From assembly GCA_038087875.1 (NCBI GenBank), contig JAXLNO010005841.1, positions 3,720,001 through 3,784,000 on the forward strand: a DNA stretch of 64,000 nucleotides. Reading direction: 5' to 3'. The DNA is from Malacoraja senta. Lineage: Eukaryota. A program made the position numbers and the translations under genes. The stretch's first letter is position 1, and each line of letters begins with the position of its first letter. Positions 63,345 to 64,000 of this stretch are shown piece after piece. Under the pieces are notes generated by a model, which saw only the letters and a program-made list of their open reading frames with translations, was not told the origin of the DNA and searched no databases.

Positions 63345-64000
63345 CACTACACATATATGCATGGCACCATTTACATGGTATCCTCAGTAAACCTATCCAC
63401 ACGGCAGCAGCGCGTTTACAACGCATGATGGACGAACTACAGAGGTATGACATCAGACTAACCTACAAACGCGGTAAGGGCATGCACTTAGCTGACACCC
63501 TCGCACGGGCACCTCGCCCAACCTGCGAAACACACCTGTCTGATGGTGAGCACGAGGGGTACACGGTTATGGCACCCTAGTGGCTAGAATCGCTGGCCAC
63601 TGTCATCCGCCGCGGCTCGCTAGACAAACAGCACCACCTGGCGCTGGCTATCCGTCCATTCTACCCTGGCAGCGATGAACTGGTCATTCAAGACGGCATT
63701 ATAATGAAAGGACATAAGGCAGTCATCCCGACTTCTCTTCACAGCAAGTACTTTGATATTGTCCATTGGGGCCATCCTACCGCTGAAATAACACTCAAAC
63801 ATGCAAAGGGTATGCTTTTCTGGCCTGAAATGGCCGACTACTTTCTTGAGAAGGTTGCTACCTGCCCGATTTGCAATAGCCTGACCCCGCACTAGCAGAA
63901 AAAGCCGCTTCTCCCGCATCCCACACCGAATTTACCCTGGTCCACAGTAGCAGCCGACATTTTTGAGTGGCACGGCAAACAATACCTGGTTGTAGTCCAT
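63345..64000 (+). mobile_element. Gypsy/Ty3 LTR retrotransposon pol fragment (end of RNase H, integrase), decayed and running off the window
   Basis: KPIHTAAARLQRMM..LQRYDIRLTYKRGKGMHLADTLARAP; H2C2 zinc finger HWGH...CPIC; PWSTVAADIFEWHGKQYLVVV; internal stops. Confidence 0.9.

Overview
Repeat-rich vertebrate genomic DNA. It is most likely from an elasmobranch such as a skate or ray, inferred from the CR1/L2 LINE, HE1-type SINE and Penelope repertoire rather than from a database search. Three gene units are supported. (1) A + strand MAG/Siglec-like receptor with a signal exon (8584), a V-set exon (12772), two C2-set exons (14209, 20084) and a MAG-domain-5-like exon (24931). Its stalk+transmembrane exon occurs four times (29585, 32860, 36321, 39784) inside a tandem array of 1.8-3.5 kb units. 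The V domain has Tyr in place of the Arg that Siglecs need to bind sialic acid. (2) An intact, intronless 328-aa bitter taste receptor (T2R)-like GPCR on the - strand (47733-48719). (3) Two decayed trypsin/kallikrein-type protease paralogs on the - strand (57.3-63.1 kb), one with the catalytic motif changed from GDSGGP to GNAGGP. The rest is CR1, L1, Rex/L2, RTE, Vingi, Penelope, Gypsy, SINE, Helitron-like and TIR elements, simple repeats and three N gaps. An L1 fragment is flanked by ~570-bp direct repeats and contains a 39-bp copy of nearby DNA. Exon boundaries were read by eye, transposon boundaries are approximate, and no expression evidence is available.
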